The notes under the pieces are model-generated. The model saw nothing but the letters and a program-made list of their open reading frames with translations. It was not told where the DNA came from and made no database searches. Below are positions 45,101-55,970 of a DNA stretch of 64,000 nucleotides, piece by piece. The DNA comes from Lama guanicoe (Eukaryota). Every line of letters starts with the position of its first letter. Positions within the stretch are counted from its first letter, which is position 1. Made by a program: the position numbers and the translations under genes. Location of the stretch: the NCBI GenBank assembly GCA_013239625.1, contig MU054338.1, positions 250,001-314,000 on the forward strand, given 5' to 3'.

Positions 45101-47219
45101 CCCAGCCCTGTTGTGGCTTGGGGCTGTCGACCCAGGTGGAATCCTGGCTCCAGCTCTCACCAGCTATGTGGTTCTGGGCAAGTCCCAACTGCCCCGATGA
45201 CAGCACAGGGCCAAGGGGCAGAGGATCCCTGTGCTCACAGAATGTCCTCACCTTGGCCACTGAGCCCAGCCTGGCCTAACCCCTAGGGATTCAGGACCTG
45301 ACCAGACTGGCCTCTGGTTGCTTAGTAGTGGGAAAGTGATCTGTTTCCATGGCAGCTAAGGGCTCAGATTCCTACGCTGAGGCAGTGGCCAGTGGGAAAT
45401 ACCTAGCTTGATTCTTTGTGACCCAGGCACAACCACACCTGGGCCTCCAGTTCAAAGTCACCACAAGACCTTGAAGCGTGGGCACCGCTCTCCAGGAATA
45501 TGGAAACTGAGAGTGGAAAGCACTTTCTTTCTGGCCAGAAGCCGGAGCCCTGACCCTTGGCCCGGGAGGAGATGAGTCCCTGGGGCATCTGGTGTGTCTC
45601 TCCCTCCCTCCTTCCCTCCCTAAGCAACTGGGAAGCAGTGTTTCTAGAAGGAGTTAGCCAGGCTGTGATCTGGGGCTGGCGTTGGACTGTGGCTGGGACT
45701 CCTCCCAGATGCTGAAGTCCAGTCCTTAGAGACTGCACTTCAGCTTAGAAAATGACCACTCAGAGAGACACAGATGACAAAAGCTGGAGAGATTTGGAAA
45801 ATACTGCTTAACAAGTTTGATTGCATGTATAAAACTCTGCCCAATGGAGAATGCACGTTATTTTCATAAACACAATTAGAGCATTTTCAGAAAGTGACTA
45901 TATCCTGTTATGAAGTTTATATCTTACGTCTGTGTTCCTGGACCACAGACCCCCACTCTCCTCAAGTTAGAAACACTCTTCTAAATAAATCTTGACTTAA
46001 AGAAGCAATCAATCAAAATATCAAAATGGAAATTATAAACTACACTTGAAAGAGAATGACATACAGTAATCCATGAGCTGCAGCCAAAGCGGAATTCAGA
46101 GGAAAAGGTATAGCCTTCAGGGTGTTTACTAGAAAACAAAGACTGGGTGGATGAACTAAAGTTTAATTGAAGGTTATCTACAGGAACTCAATGAGAGGGG
46201 GAATCAGAATCCCTGCAATTCCTCATGAAGGGAAACATGCTTAGACTGGGAGAAAGAGCAGGGTCCAGCCCAGGCAAGCTGTGTGACCTTGGGCTAGTTA
46301 CTTCCCTTCTGTGAACTCCATTTTCACCATCTTTGCAACAGCAAAAAAACAGACTTACTTTGTAGGGTGATCAGGTGGGTGCCAGTTGGCTGGGGAATAT
46401 GAAGATGCTTCAAGATGCAAGACAATGAAAAATGAGTTCATTTTTTCCTTCTTGGTTCCTGTAAATTTTCCTCTGTGCATCAATTTGTCTGCATCCACAG
46501 ATCCCAGTAGGAGTTCTAATTGTCAGTCAGTTCTAAAGGTGCAATTTGGTTTATGATTTTCCTTTTGCCAAGGGATGGCTCTCAGCCCTACCAGCCTTTC
46601 CCTTCTGTCTGGGAACCAACTCATTCTCTCTCTCTCTGTGTCTCTCTGTCTCTCTCTCTCTTCCCCACCCCACCTCCCCCTGCCAGTGGTCCATGCCGTG
46701 GATGGCACTGCGGAGAATGGGATCCACCCCCTGAGCTCCTCTGAGGTGGACGAACTCATCCACAAGGCAGACGAGGTCACGCTGAGCGAAGCGGGGTCCG
46801 CGGCAGGGCCAGTGGAGCCCCGGGGACCACCGTTGGAGGAGGCCATCCGGACCACGCCCGCCAGGCGGGAGATCACAGGAGTTCAGGCCCAGCCAGGAGA
46901 GGCCACGTCGGGCCCGCCAGGCATCCAGCCCGGCCAGGAGCCCCCAGTCACCATGATCTTCATGGGCTACCAGAGCGTGGAAGATGAGGCCGAGACCCAG
47001 AAGGCGCTGGGCTTGCAGGACACCATCACCGCGGAGCTGGTGGTCATCGAAGACGCTGCTGAGCCCCAGGAGCCTGCCCCACCCAACGGCAGTGCGGCTG
47101 AGCCCCCTGCCACTGAGGGCTCCAGAGAGGAGAACCAGGTGGGGCCTGAGGCCCCCGCCAGTGACGCCCAGGACCTCGACATGAAGAAGCAGCGCTGTAA
47201 ACGCTGCTCCATCGTGTGA
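36138..47219 (+). CDS. PALM: Paralemmin-1, 5' partial; join(36138..36189,36603..36683,36877..37007,38500..38653,40247..40268,41451..41510,43158..43289,46687..47219)
   Basis: VLAAETTSQQERLQAIAEKRRRQ coiled coil, ALRERWLL, MYSVEITVEKDKVTGETRVLS, PVTMIFMGYQ paralemmin motif, C-terminal basic cluster plus CaaX. All GT-AG with continuous frame. Confidence 0.96.
36603..36683 (+). CDS. PALM: PALM exon 3
   Basis: EKRRRQAEIE...LQHLK, donor |GTACGG. Confidence 0.94.
36877..37007 (+). CDS. PALM: PALM exon 4
   Basis: SKALRERWLLEG...GSIS, donor AG|GTGGGC. Confidence 0.94.
38500..38653 (+). CDS. PALM: PALM exon 5
   Basis: LEKEIEELEN...VVLNSQQ, donor |GTAAGA. Confidence 0.93.
40247..40268 (+). CDS. PALM: PALM exon 6 (22-nt microexon)
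   Basis: Acceptor ttgcag|ACA, TPVGTPK, donor G|GTATGT; required to keep frame between exons 5 and 7. Confidence 0.9.
40810..40970. repeat. AT-rich (TA)-like low-complexity tract
   Basis: Directly visible; sharp contrast with the GC-rich flanks. Confidence 0.7.
41451..41510 (+). CDS. PALM: PALM exon 7
   Basis: Acceptor gagcag|AG, KRISNTPMRMVEGSTMMKA, donor G|GTGGGT. Confidence 0.9.
43158..43289 (+). CDS. PALM: PALM exon 8 (132 nt, frame-preserving; known cassette exon in other mammals)
   Basis: MYSVEITVEKDK...YEDETK, donor G|GTACGC. Confidence 0.94.
44395..45040 (-). mobile_element. L1MB-type 3'UTR fragment
   Basis: AATTCAGTGGGTTTTG...ATACCTAGGAGT..AATTGCTGAGTCATGGT...TTTGAGGAAC...TTCTCCACATCCTC. 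Confidence 0.82.
45730..46190 (+). mobile_element. Ancient L1 (L1M/L1ME) ORF2-derived fragment
   Basis: A-rich; ACACTCTTCTAAATAA...GAAATTATAAAC...GCAGCCAAAGCGGAATTCAGAGGAAAA..TATAGC. Confidence 0.6.
46622..46662. repeat. (TC/TG)n microsatellite in the polypyrimidine tract before PALM exon 9
   Basis: Directly visible. Confidence 0.85.
46687..47219 (+). CDS. PALM: PALM exon 9 coding part
   Basis: VHAVDGTAENGIHPLSSSEVDELIHKADE...MKKQRCKRCSIV then TGA. Confidence 0.96.
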
Positions 47220-48748
47220 ACCGCCCGGCCCCCCAGACCCCGGCCCTGCCTCTGCACCGGACACCCACAGCCTGGCCCTCACAGCGCCCGCCCACCCTCC
47301 ACCCGCAGTCATGGGCCCAGGACGCGCTGTGTCGTCACGTGTTCCTCCTGAGTTGTCTTTCACTGGAAAGAGAGGGTCAGGGGTCCCCCGTCCCATCACC
47401 ACACCCCACACCCCTAAACCACTGAGCCGTGCACCCATGCCTGGTAGGAGAAACACGGACGTTCCCGCTTCTCCCTGCACGAGGGCCTCTCACGTGGCGG
47501 CAGCTCCACAAGGTGGCTCTAGCCCACAGCGGTCCTGGCCGATGTGACCCGTGGCCTCCACACAGCCCCAGGCCAAGCTGCCACCTCTGGGCCTCCTGCC
47601 TGTGCCTTCCTGCCACCTCCAATGAGGTCCCTGAGGGGACACCCTGCCAGAGAGGGACTTGGGGAGCCAGGGGTTCTGGGGGACTGCTCTGTCCCCATTC
47701 AGCCTCTGAAAGTGGAGGCCGAGGCACTGGGTCCGGATCTTGGGCAGTCGGGGTGAGGCTGTGCCTCTCTAGGGAGACCAGGCTCGAAGTCTTAGAATGG
47801 AGCCCGGGCCCCTCGGGACACTCCAGCCTCATGTGCCCCTCCCCCCACACACTCTTTGGCGCAGCCAGCAGATGATGGAGCCTGGGAAGGGGGAGCCCTG
47901 GGGACACGCCTCCCATTCGGGAAGGGTGTGACCCCTGTGTCGTCTTCTGGCCAGGCCGGGCCAGGGGTCTTTGAGCTGCCTCCTGTACAAGGCAGGGCCA
48001 CGTGAGCCCTTTCTTGTCCTGAGCGCCCATCCCCACTGGGCCGTCCTTCCTCCTGGTGCTAATTTGGGGACCCTGGGGGGCTGCCCCTGGCCCCTTCTCC
48101 AGCCTGCCTGGACCAGGATCCTGGGTCTCCCCAGCTGTAGCCCAGAGATAGGGCCCACCGCCAGCTCTGCGGGGCTTGGCGCCTTCTGGGCAGTGGAGGG
48201 GGACACAGCCCAGGGCAGGCAGCATCCCCTGGTTTGCAGCTGGAGACCGCCATTTGCTGCCCAGCCTGATGTGCGCCTGCCCCCTCACTGGAAGGGGTGA
48301 GGGGCGAGGGGCTCCCCTCCTGGGAGCAGCTGACACCCAGAGATGTACACACATCTCCCTGGTTGCAGCCACACTCGTCCCCAGAGGCACATTCGTGCAC
48401 GTGCTCACAGCCCCTCTCATGTGTGGGCTGTGGACAACCAGGCCCCATCACAGCCCCTCCCCCAGGAGCCTGCAGCCTGGTGCCCAGGGCGCAGGCTGCT
48501 CCTGCCTCAGCAGGGTGGGTGCAGGGGCTGCCCTGGACCACAGCCTGGGTCCCTATCTCAGCTCTGCCCCTGGTGGCTGGGAGGAGAGACCCTCTCTGAG
48601 GCGACCCTGGGCAGTGGCCATGGAATCCCCCCCCTACTCGAGTCCACCCGAGTCCTCGAGCTGTGAGCCTCCGCTGAAGTGCCCTTGCCGCCCCTCTGCT
48701 TTCGATGTGTGATGAGGCCCCGATGTTCTTGACTTTCCCAGAGAAGCA

Positions 48749-48754
48749 AATAAA
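48749..48754 (+). terminator. Probable PALM polyadenylation signal
   Basis: AATAAA about 1.5 kb after the stop. Confidence 0.7.
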
Positions 48755-50349
48755 CAGTGTGAACAGCCCCAGGACCTGGAGTTCTTGGGTTTCACCTGGG
48801 TGGGGAGGGCGTGGCCAGGCCAGGGGTGGGGCCCTGCCAGGGCGATCTAGCCTTAAAAGGAGGCTCACGGAACCCAGGGGAGCTGGTTTCTCTTCTGCAG
48901 CCCGCACATCCCTAAGGCTCACCCCAGGGTGGTGTGTGGGGTGTTGGTGGAGTCCCCACCTGCACCTGTGTGCATCCAAGCAGCACCTGGGCAGGTAAGG
49001 CCTGGAGGTACGGGGGCAGCTGCCTGTGGCAGGACTTCCTTTCTGTTTCTCGTGGAGCCCTTGGGTCCTGCACCTGGCCCACCCCATCCTGTAGCTGGGG
49101 CTGCCCCTTGCTGAGCTCACATTCCCCTGGGGGGACGTGGGGAGGAGGCATTTCTGGGGGCTGTGTCTGTCTCACTGTGTGATCTGGGAGGAGTCGCTGC
49201 CCTCTCTGAATCTCAGTTTTCCCATCTGTATGGTGGGCTGTATGAACCCTGGGGGGGAAGCCACCCCAGTCTGGGAGCAGGAGATTGAATCCTCACCTCC
49301 ACAGGGCCCCCAACATGCTGGGTGACCCAGTCTCTGCCCTTTGGGGTCTCCCCAATCCCCATAAGAGCAGGAAGGTGGTGAGTGGGGTGCAGAGACCAGG
49401 AGTGGGGCTCAGGTCAAAATCCCAATCCCGCTGCTGACACTCTGCCCTTCGGTGGGACTTGGAGATTTCTGTGCCTCAGTTTCCTTATCTGCAAAACAAG
49501 GATATGGGGGCCTTGGGGGTGCTGGGAGGGAAAGTGCAGCAGTGTGCCCCAGGTTTTCACAGACTCGGCACATACCATACACAAGTTGGAATTCTGGATT
49601 AGGCCCTTTCTCCAAACCTGTCCTAAAATCACCCCCCCTTGGGCAGCCCTGCCAGATTGGGATCTGGGGGCCCATTTGATGGAAGAAGAGACTGAGGTTC
49701 GCAGGGGCCTCAGAGTCAGCCAAGGGGCAGGTTGGGACAGAGCCCCAGCCAGAGGGACAGACTATATCCCCTTCCCCATAGACTGACTGCTATGCCTAGT
49801 GGCCCAACTCCCCCAGAGACATTGGGCTCCCAGGGGTCCGGCAGGCCCTCTGCGCTGTGACCGAGACTCAGACAGGACAGCTGAGTGCCTGGGAGGACTG
49901 ACCTAGCATCTTGAGCCTCAGTGCCTCCATCTGCCACTGGGGCCTCAGCCTCACCCATCCCAGACTTTGGTGTCCTCATCTGATCCTGTATGTGGAAGTG
50001 GGCTGATGTCCCCATTTCACTGAGGAGGAAACAGAGGCTCCCAGGGGTTAAGTGAGACTTGAACCTGGGACCAGCTGAACCCCCCAGAGGCTAGGAAGCC
50101 GGGCTTGTCCCAAAAACGGGCTCTCTGGGGAAGTGGCCCCAAAGGGTGGGCTGCGCCAGGTGGTGGTTTGGTACTTAAACCCCCTCTGAGAAACAGCCTC
50201 TGGATCGTGGACCTGCTGTGTGACCCTGGGCAACGGACAGCCCCTCTCTGAGCAGTGCTGAGAGGTAGCTGGAGGGCCAGATGGCAGCTGGAGGGTTTCG
50301 GTGGGGGTTGCAGCTCCAGCTGTGTGAGCTGGGGGCCTGGGGACCTAGG

Positions 50350-50580
50350 GGCAGTGCCCAGTGGGCGTGGTGTCCGCCCTCCGCTCTACTGGTGTCACCT
50401 TTCTCCTCCTCTGGACTTTGTTTCTGGAGCCTGGGTGGGGCCTCAAGGAGGGGTGCACCTGCTTCCCGGTACAGGGCCCTGTCCCCTGGCAACCTGGGGC
50501 CGGGCGGGGCCAGGAGGCCCCTGTGCCAGCCACGGAGCCAGAGCCAAGCTTGGAGGCTGCTGCGGGCTGAGAGCCGGTGG
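50350..50580 (+). promoter_or_regulatory. Candidate MISP promoter and non-coding exon 1
   Basis: HNF4-type TGGACTTTG (50412-50420), GGGCGTGG and GGGCGGGG boxes, then donor-like CCG|GTGGGTGAGG at 50576/50577. The MISP ATG exon begins with a splice acceptor, so an upstream exon is needed. Confidence 0.45.
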
Positions 50581-53500
50581 GTGAGGCTGGGGGGCCTGCG
50601 GGCAGGCTGGACTCAAAGGTTGGGCGGGCAGGGGTCCTGCGGAGGGGTGGGGTTGGCTTTAGGCAGGGGGTGGTGTGCTTGTGGCACCATCTGCTCACCT
50701 GTGGGGACTTCAGGGTACGGGGAGGGAGCCCCAGTCCCCACCCCACCCCTCTCTGGGCGCAGGGGGAGCCCAGGGGCTGGTGGAGGCTTCCTCTTGCTCT
50801 GCACCCCCAGGCTGGCTCTGTGCCCAGGGCTGTGTCCTTCCCACTCTGTTCCCAACTCTGAACCTTGCCGGGGCCCCAGTTTCCACCCCAGACATCAGGC
50901 CCCCAAATCCAAGAACCTTGAGCCCAGACCCTCTAAGGAAGGGGCCTGATTGGCGCCCCCCCAGGGCCAGAGGCACAGAGGCCTCACATTGGTTTTGGGA
51001 ATTCTAAAGGGTTCTGGGGAGAAATCTTTCCAGCACCAGCCAGATCCTTGCTTGGGGGACCCTTGAGCGGCATATAACCCTGCCCCCCCGCCACCATCAG
51101 GGTCTGGCTGGGGCTCACAGGAGGGGGCATCCAGCCTCAGGAGGGCAGAGACTCAGTCCAGTGCTCAGGTGTGTCAGGGGTTGGGGGCTCTGCCCAGTCA
51201 GGGTCCCGGGAATGATAGACCCAAGTGATGGAAGGAGACCCCCCAGGAGCCCCTCCCTGCTGTGTAACCAGCCCTGTCTGAGCCCCAGGCCCCTGTAATA
51301 GGCCTTTGCCCCGAGGGCAGGAGGTCAGTTGCAGGGAGGAGGAAGTAGGTGTGCAGCACCCAAGGCCATAAACCCAGTTTCTGTTTGGTATCAACACAGT
51401 GCACAATGGGCTGGGGAGGAGCAATCCAGGGGGCTTCCTGGAAGAGGAGGTGACTGACCAGGAGTGAGGGCTCAGGCTTCAGAAACTGTTGTCTTGTCAC
51501 TCACTATGTGACCTCTCTCTGTGCCTCAGTTTCCTCTGCTGTAAACTGGGGACAAGAAAGGCTCCCTTGTCACAGGCTCTTAAGAGAAGCAGACAGGATG
51601 CTGGTGTGAGGTGCCCGGTTACGAGGAGCCACGGGAGGGTGCTGGAGGCCCTGTGATCACTATTACCACTCATTTGCACAGAGCGTCCTGGGCTTCCAAG
51701 AAGGCAGCTCCCCATGGGGTGCCTCTGTGCTCTGCGTCTTGGGCTTCCTTGTTACCCGCCCCTCCCCCCAGCCCTGTGGTGAGGGCAGCATTGTCTCATT
51801 TTACAGATGGGGAGACTGAGGCTTTGCAAAAGGGAATGCCTGCCCAGGGTCACTCTGAGATCAGTGGTGGATCCAGGGTTTAAATAATAATACGAGCCAC
51901 CACTGTGAAAGCGTTTATCTAGTGCTTGCTGTATACAAGGCACAGAGCACCAAATCTGGATGGCAGACTTTTGGGGTGGTGGCCGCGTGCTCTGGACTCT
52001 ATCTCCCGTCCAGATGTGGACACTGAGGCCAGAGGGGAGCTGAGACTCGCTCAGGGACACAGAGGACTGCGTCCCTGGGGCCTTCAACCCCACCCTGCTG
52101 GCCTCAGTGAATCACCCAGGAGGAATGAGCTGCCCCACCCACAAGGAGACTTGACACCCTCTGGGAGTGAGGTTCTTTTTCCTGGAGTTAATGTCCCATG
52201 TGGCTTATAAATCCTGCTGCGTGAGCTTCCGGCCACTCATTAGGCAAACACGCACTCCTGCCACGCCTGCCCTCCCTGGGGAGCCCCAGGGCATGGGGAC
52301 AGAGTGGGAGGCAGACCTGCCCAGCCCTCAGTGTCAGAGCTCGGAGCCTGAGGGGAGGGGCAGCCAGATCTGCGGCTGGAATGAACCCAGACCCTGGGCC
52401 CTGAGACCACGCCTTGCTCAGCCCGCCTTTGTGGAGTGCCGGCTGTGTACCAGACCCTGGGCTGCAGGAGGAAATTCTCACCAGGGGCCCCTGGGAGGGA
52501 GAGAGGGTCCTGGCTGATGGCTTCAGGTGCGAGAAGACAGGTCTTAAATGACCGTATTCTCCTTTCAAAGACACATGCACCCCCAGTGACTTTCAAGGAA
52601 AAAGTCTCCACAGGGGACTGCAGGGTCAGTGGACAGAGGCTCAGCCCACTCGGCTGGCACTAATCGCCCAAGCCTGCTTGTCTTTAAAATCGTTTTCCTA
52701 ATGACAGTTTCAATATTTGATGTGCTGGAAAGACCGTGAGGCACTAGTGTGAGGATTGTAATGTTGTTCCCCACGATTGATTTTATGTTGCTTGATGCCA
52801 CTTCTCCAGGTGAGGGAGGGTCTGCATTTTCCTTTACAAAACTACATTCAGCTTTTACAAGCAACTTGGTGTAAAAAGGCAGCGATGTGTCCAGCAGCTC
52901 TGGTGGTACCAGGGGGCCAAGGGCTGCTTGAGGAGTTGAGGGTGGTCCGCCTTCCTTCCCTTGGCTGTAAAAAGGCGATGCCTAATACCGTGCTAGGCCG
53001 GGTACACAGGAGAGGGCCAGGCAACAGGCTCTAAGGGCAGGGCAATCTGGAGGCTCCCTGGAGGAGCTGTCTTATAGGCTGTAGCTAACAAGACCGTGCA
53101 GGGGAAGAAAAGAGGGTCCTCCAGGCAGAAGGAAGAGGGAGAAGTTTGGGTCTGAGGTCTGGTGCCTGCAGAGTTTGAGGGTTTGGGCTGAGGCCAGATG
53201 GCAGCCTTGAGTGCCCTGGGCAGAGTTTGAGAACTGCATCCCGGAGACGCCAGGAATCAGGGAGGCATGAGAGCAGGTGTATGACCTTCACGAAGGTTCT
53301 GAGCTGTGCTCAGTGGGAACCCAGATGGTTGGGAGGGGGATTGGGCCAAGATGTCCCTTGGCCCAGCAAGACAAGGTCCAAGGCATTCCTTAGCTCATCC
53401 TGGCTTTATGGCACTAAGACAGGGGCTTGTCTGGGATGGGACGAGGTGTCCCACTGGGCTGGTGCAAGGGAAAGAACCAGTTTGTGCAGGTCTTTGCCAG

Positions 53501-54286
53501 TCATTAGCTCTCTCTGGGCCCCAACTTCCCCACTTGACATAACCCAGCGAGGAGTGGTCCCACTGGGGCCGTCTGCAAATGTTACATGACAAAAACCACG
53601 TAAGGAACCTCAGGGTGTACGTGAACCTGGGAGGGAGGCTGCCCAGGTGTGGCGCTGGGTCTAGACATGGCTAGCTGGGTGGGAGAAAGGAGGAGTGGAA
53701 GGAGAGGGGCAGAAGAGGCTGACTGCGAAAGGGTGTGCAGTGTCCAGGGGATGAGGTGGGAAAACGTTAAACACACGGGGAACAAGTTGTTGGGTCAGCA
53801 CGGTGGTGCACAGGGATTCAGGTGTGTCTGGATCCAGGAGCTCAAATAATGTTTTCAGGACCCTGTGTTGGGGTTATGGATGCTCCTGAGCAAGCTCTGT
53901 CCATAGCGGACACACACGCCCCCACCCCGTGGTTCTCGGTCTCATCCCACCAGCCTAACAAGCCCAGCAGCAAGAGGACCCAGTTCTCCACACTAACTGC
54001 AAAGTCCCAGGGTTCTATGTCGTTGGCCAGGTTGGGTCACATGTCCATCCCTGAAGCAACTACAGAGGCCAGAGGGTGGAACGCCCTGATTGGCAGGGCT
54101 GGGCCACTTACTCATCCCTGAACCAACAGTAGCGGCCACTGGGACAGGACTCTGCCCTTTAAGGGACCGGGAACTGTGCCTCTCCCCAAGTGCTCTGAGC
54201 TGGTGACCATCACGCCCTTCTTTGCCCTCAGTGAGCGCAGATTGTCTCCATCCTGGGAGCCTGTTGTGGGCAGAGACCCCCAGAAC

Positions 54287-55970
54287 ATGGACCGAGTGAC
54301 CAGATACCCCATCCTCAGCATCCCCCGCTCATCCCGTGTGACCAGTGTGGCCCTCGATGGGGATACCAGCTACACTATTGAGCTGGTGGGCGTGGGGTCC
54401 ATGGCCAGTGGCTGGGGCCAGGATGAGCCACAGGCATGGCCCACTGACCATGAGGCCCGGCTGGAAATGGTGCAGACAGGGACGTCTCGCAGCCTGCATG
54501 CCTGCCCTGGCCAGCTGTCCCCATGGCCACCCTGCCCGGAGGACGATGAGGATGAGGAGGTGAAGGCCTACCACCTGGAGACCAGGGGCACCCAGCCCAG
54601 GCGGCCACAGGACCTGGAGCGAGAGCGCCGGGTGGTCATCCAGGGCCAGGCGGTCAGGAAGAGTGGCACGGTGGCCACACTCCATGGCACCCCTGACCAC
54701 GGGGAACCCAGGACCCCCGGCCGACTGCAGGCCACGCCCCCAGAGGAGAACATGATCGACAGAGAGCAGATCGACTTCCTGGCAGCGAGGCAGCAGTTTC
54801 TGAGCCTGGAGCAGGCAAACCCCCCTGCCAGGCCAGCCTATGCGAATGCGGGGACCCCTCGGAACCGCCCATTCGGGCCCAGCCAGGCCTCCAAGCCCCC
54901 GAACGGGCCGCCCCTGCCCAATGGGTGTGTCACCCCAGTCAAGTCCCAGGTGAAGGAGGTGGTCGTGGAAGAGAAGAGGGTCCCTGGTTTGTCTGCCAGG
55001 TCTGGTGTCCCAGCCATGGACGACCCTGCTTCCCAGTCCCGCGCAGAGTCACCAGAGCCCCCCAAGGAGACGCCCATCGAGCGGGAGATCCGGCTGGCAC
55101 AGGAGAGGGAGGCGGACCTCCGAGAGCGGAGGGGGCTGCAGCGGGTGTTCAGCCAGCAGGAGCTGGTGGAGATCCCCGCCAGGCTGCTGCTGACCAGGGT
55201 GAGCCTGGCTGCAGCCCCACGGCGGGGCAGGGGGCGCCCGTCTCTCTACGTGCAGCGGGACCTTGCGCAGGAGACGCAGCGCGAGGAGGACCACCGGCGG
55301 GAGGGCCTGCAGGTGGGCCGGTCGGCCACGCCTGACTGCTTCTCTGAGGGCCCGCCACCTGGACTCAGGAGAGCCCACAGCTCAGACTCCATCCTGGGCC
55401 CGGCCCCCGATGCCAGGGCGGCCAGCCCTGCTCCCGAGGTGAGGAAGGTGAACCGCATCCCACCTGACGCCTACCAGCCGTACCTGAGCCCCAGAACGCC
55501 CCCAGTAGAGTTCCCAGCCTTCCGTGCGAATCTCAAGCCCAGCAGCCTCCCTGCAGATAAGGCCAGGGCCGGGAGCGCTCCACAGGCTGCAGCGGCTCAG
55601 AGCCTTCTCTCGGAATCCTCTGGAGAACCCTCGGGCGCAAGGCAGGTGCCCCCCAGGGGCCCCCTGCACCCCAGAGGGCTTGTGCGCCACGAGTACTTCC
55701 TCCTGCGCCCCCTGAGGTTTGCGGTCCCGGGTGTGCCTGAGAAAGCTGAGGCCCCCCGAGTTTGGGGCTGGGAGGTGGCGGGGGCCCCGGCGCTGAAGCT
55801 GCAGAGGTCCCAGTCATCTGAGCTGCTGGAGAGGGAGGTGGAGAGTGTCCTGCGGCGGGAGCGGGAGGTGGCCGAAGAGCGGCGGAGTGCTCTGTTCCCT
55901 GAGGTCTTCTCCCCACCCCTGCCGGATGAGTGCTACGACCAAGACTCCAGGAGCTCCTCCCAGGCATCTG
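54287..55970 (+). CDS. MISP: MISP large first coding exon (exon begins about 54232)
   Basis: Acceptor tttgccctcag ending 54231, ATG at 54287, donor G|GTAAGG. Confidence 0.95.

Noticed and set aside
46551..49120. Long antisense ORFs (309, 347 and 353 aa) over PALM exon 9 and 3'UTR
   Set aside because: Low-complexity G/P/R/A composition with no domain or splice support; expected at this GC content.
53790..54170. LTR-derived alternative MISP promoter
   Set aside because: An MLT1-like relic with ATTGG lies just upstream of the acceptor, but nothing in the sequence shows initiation there.
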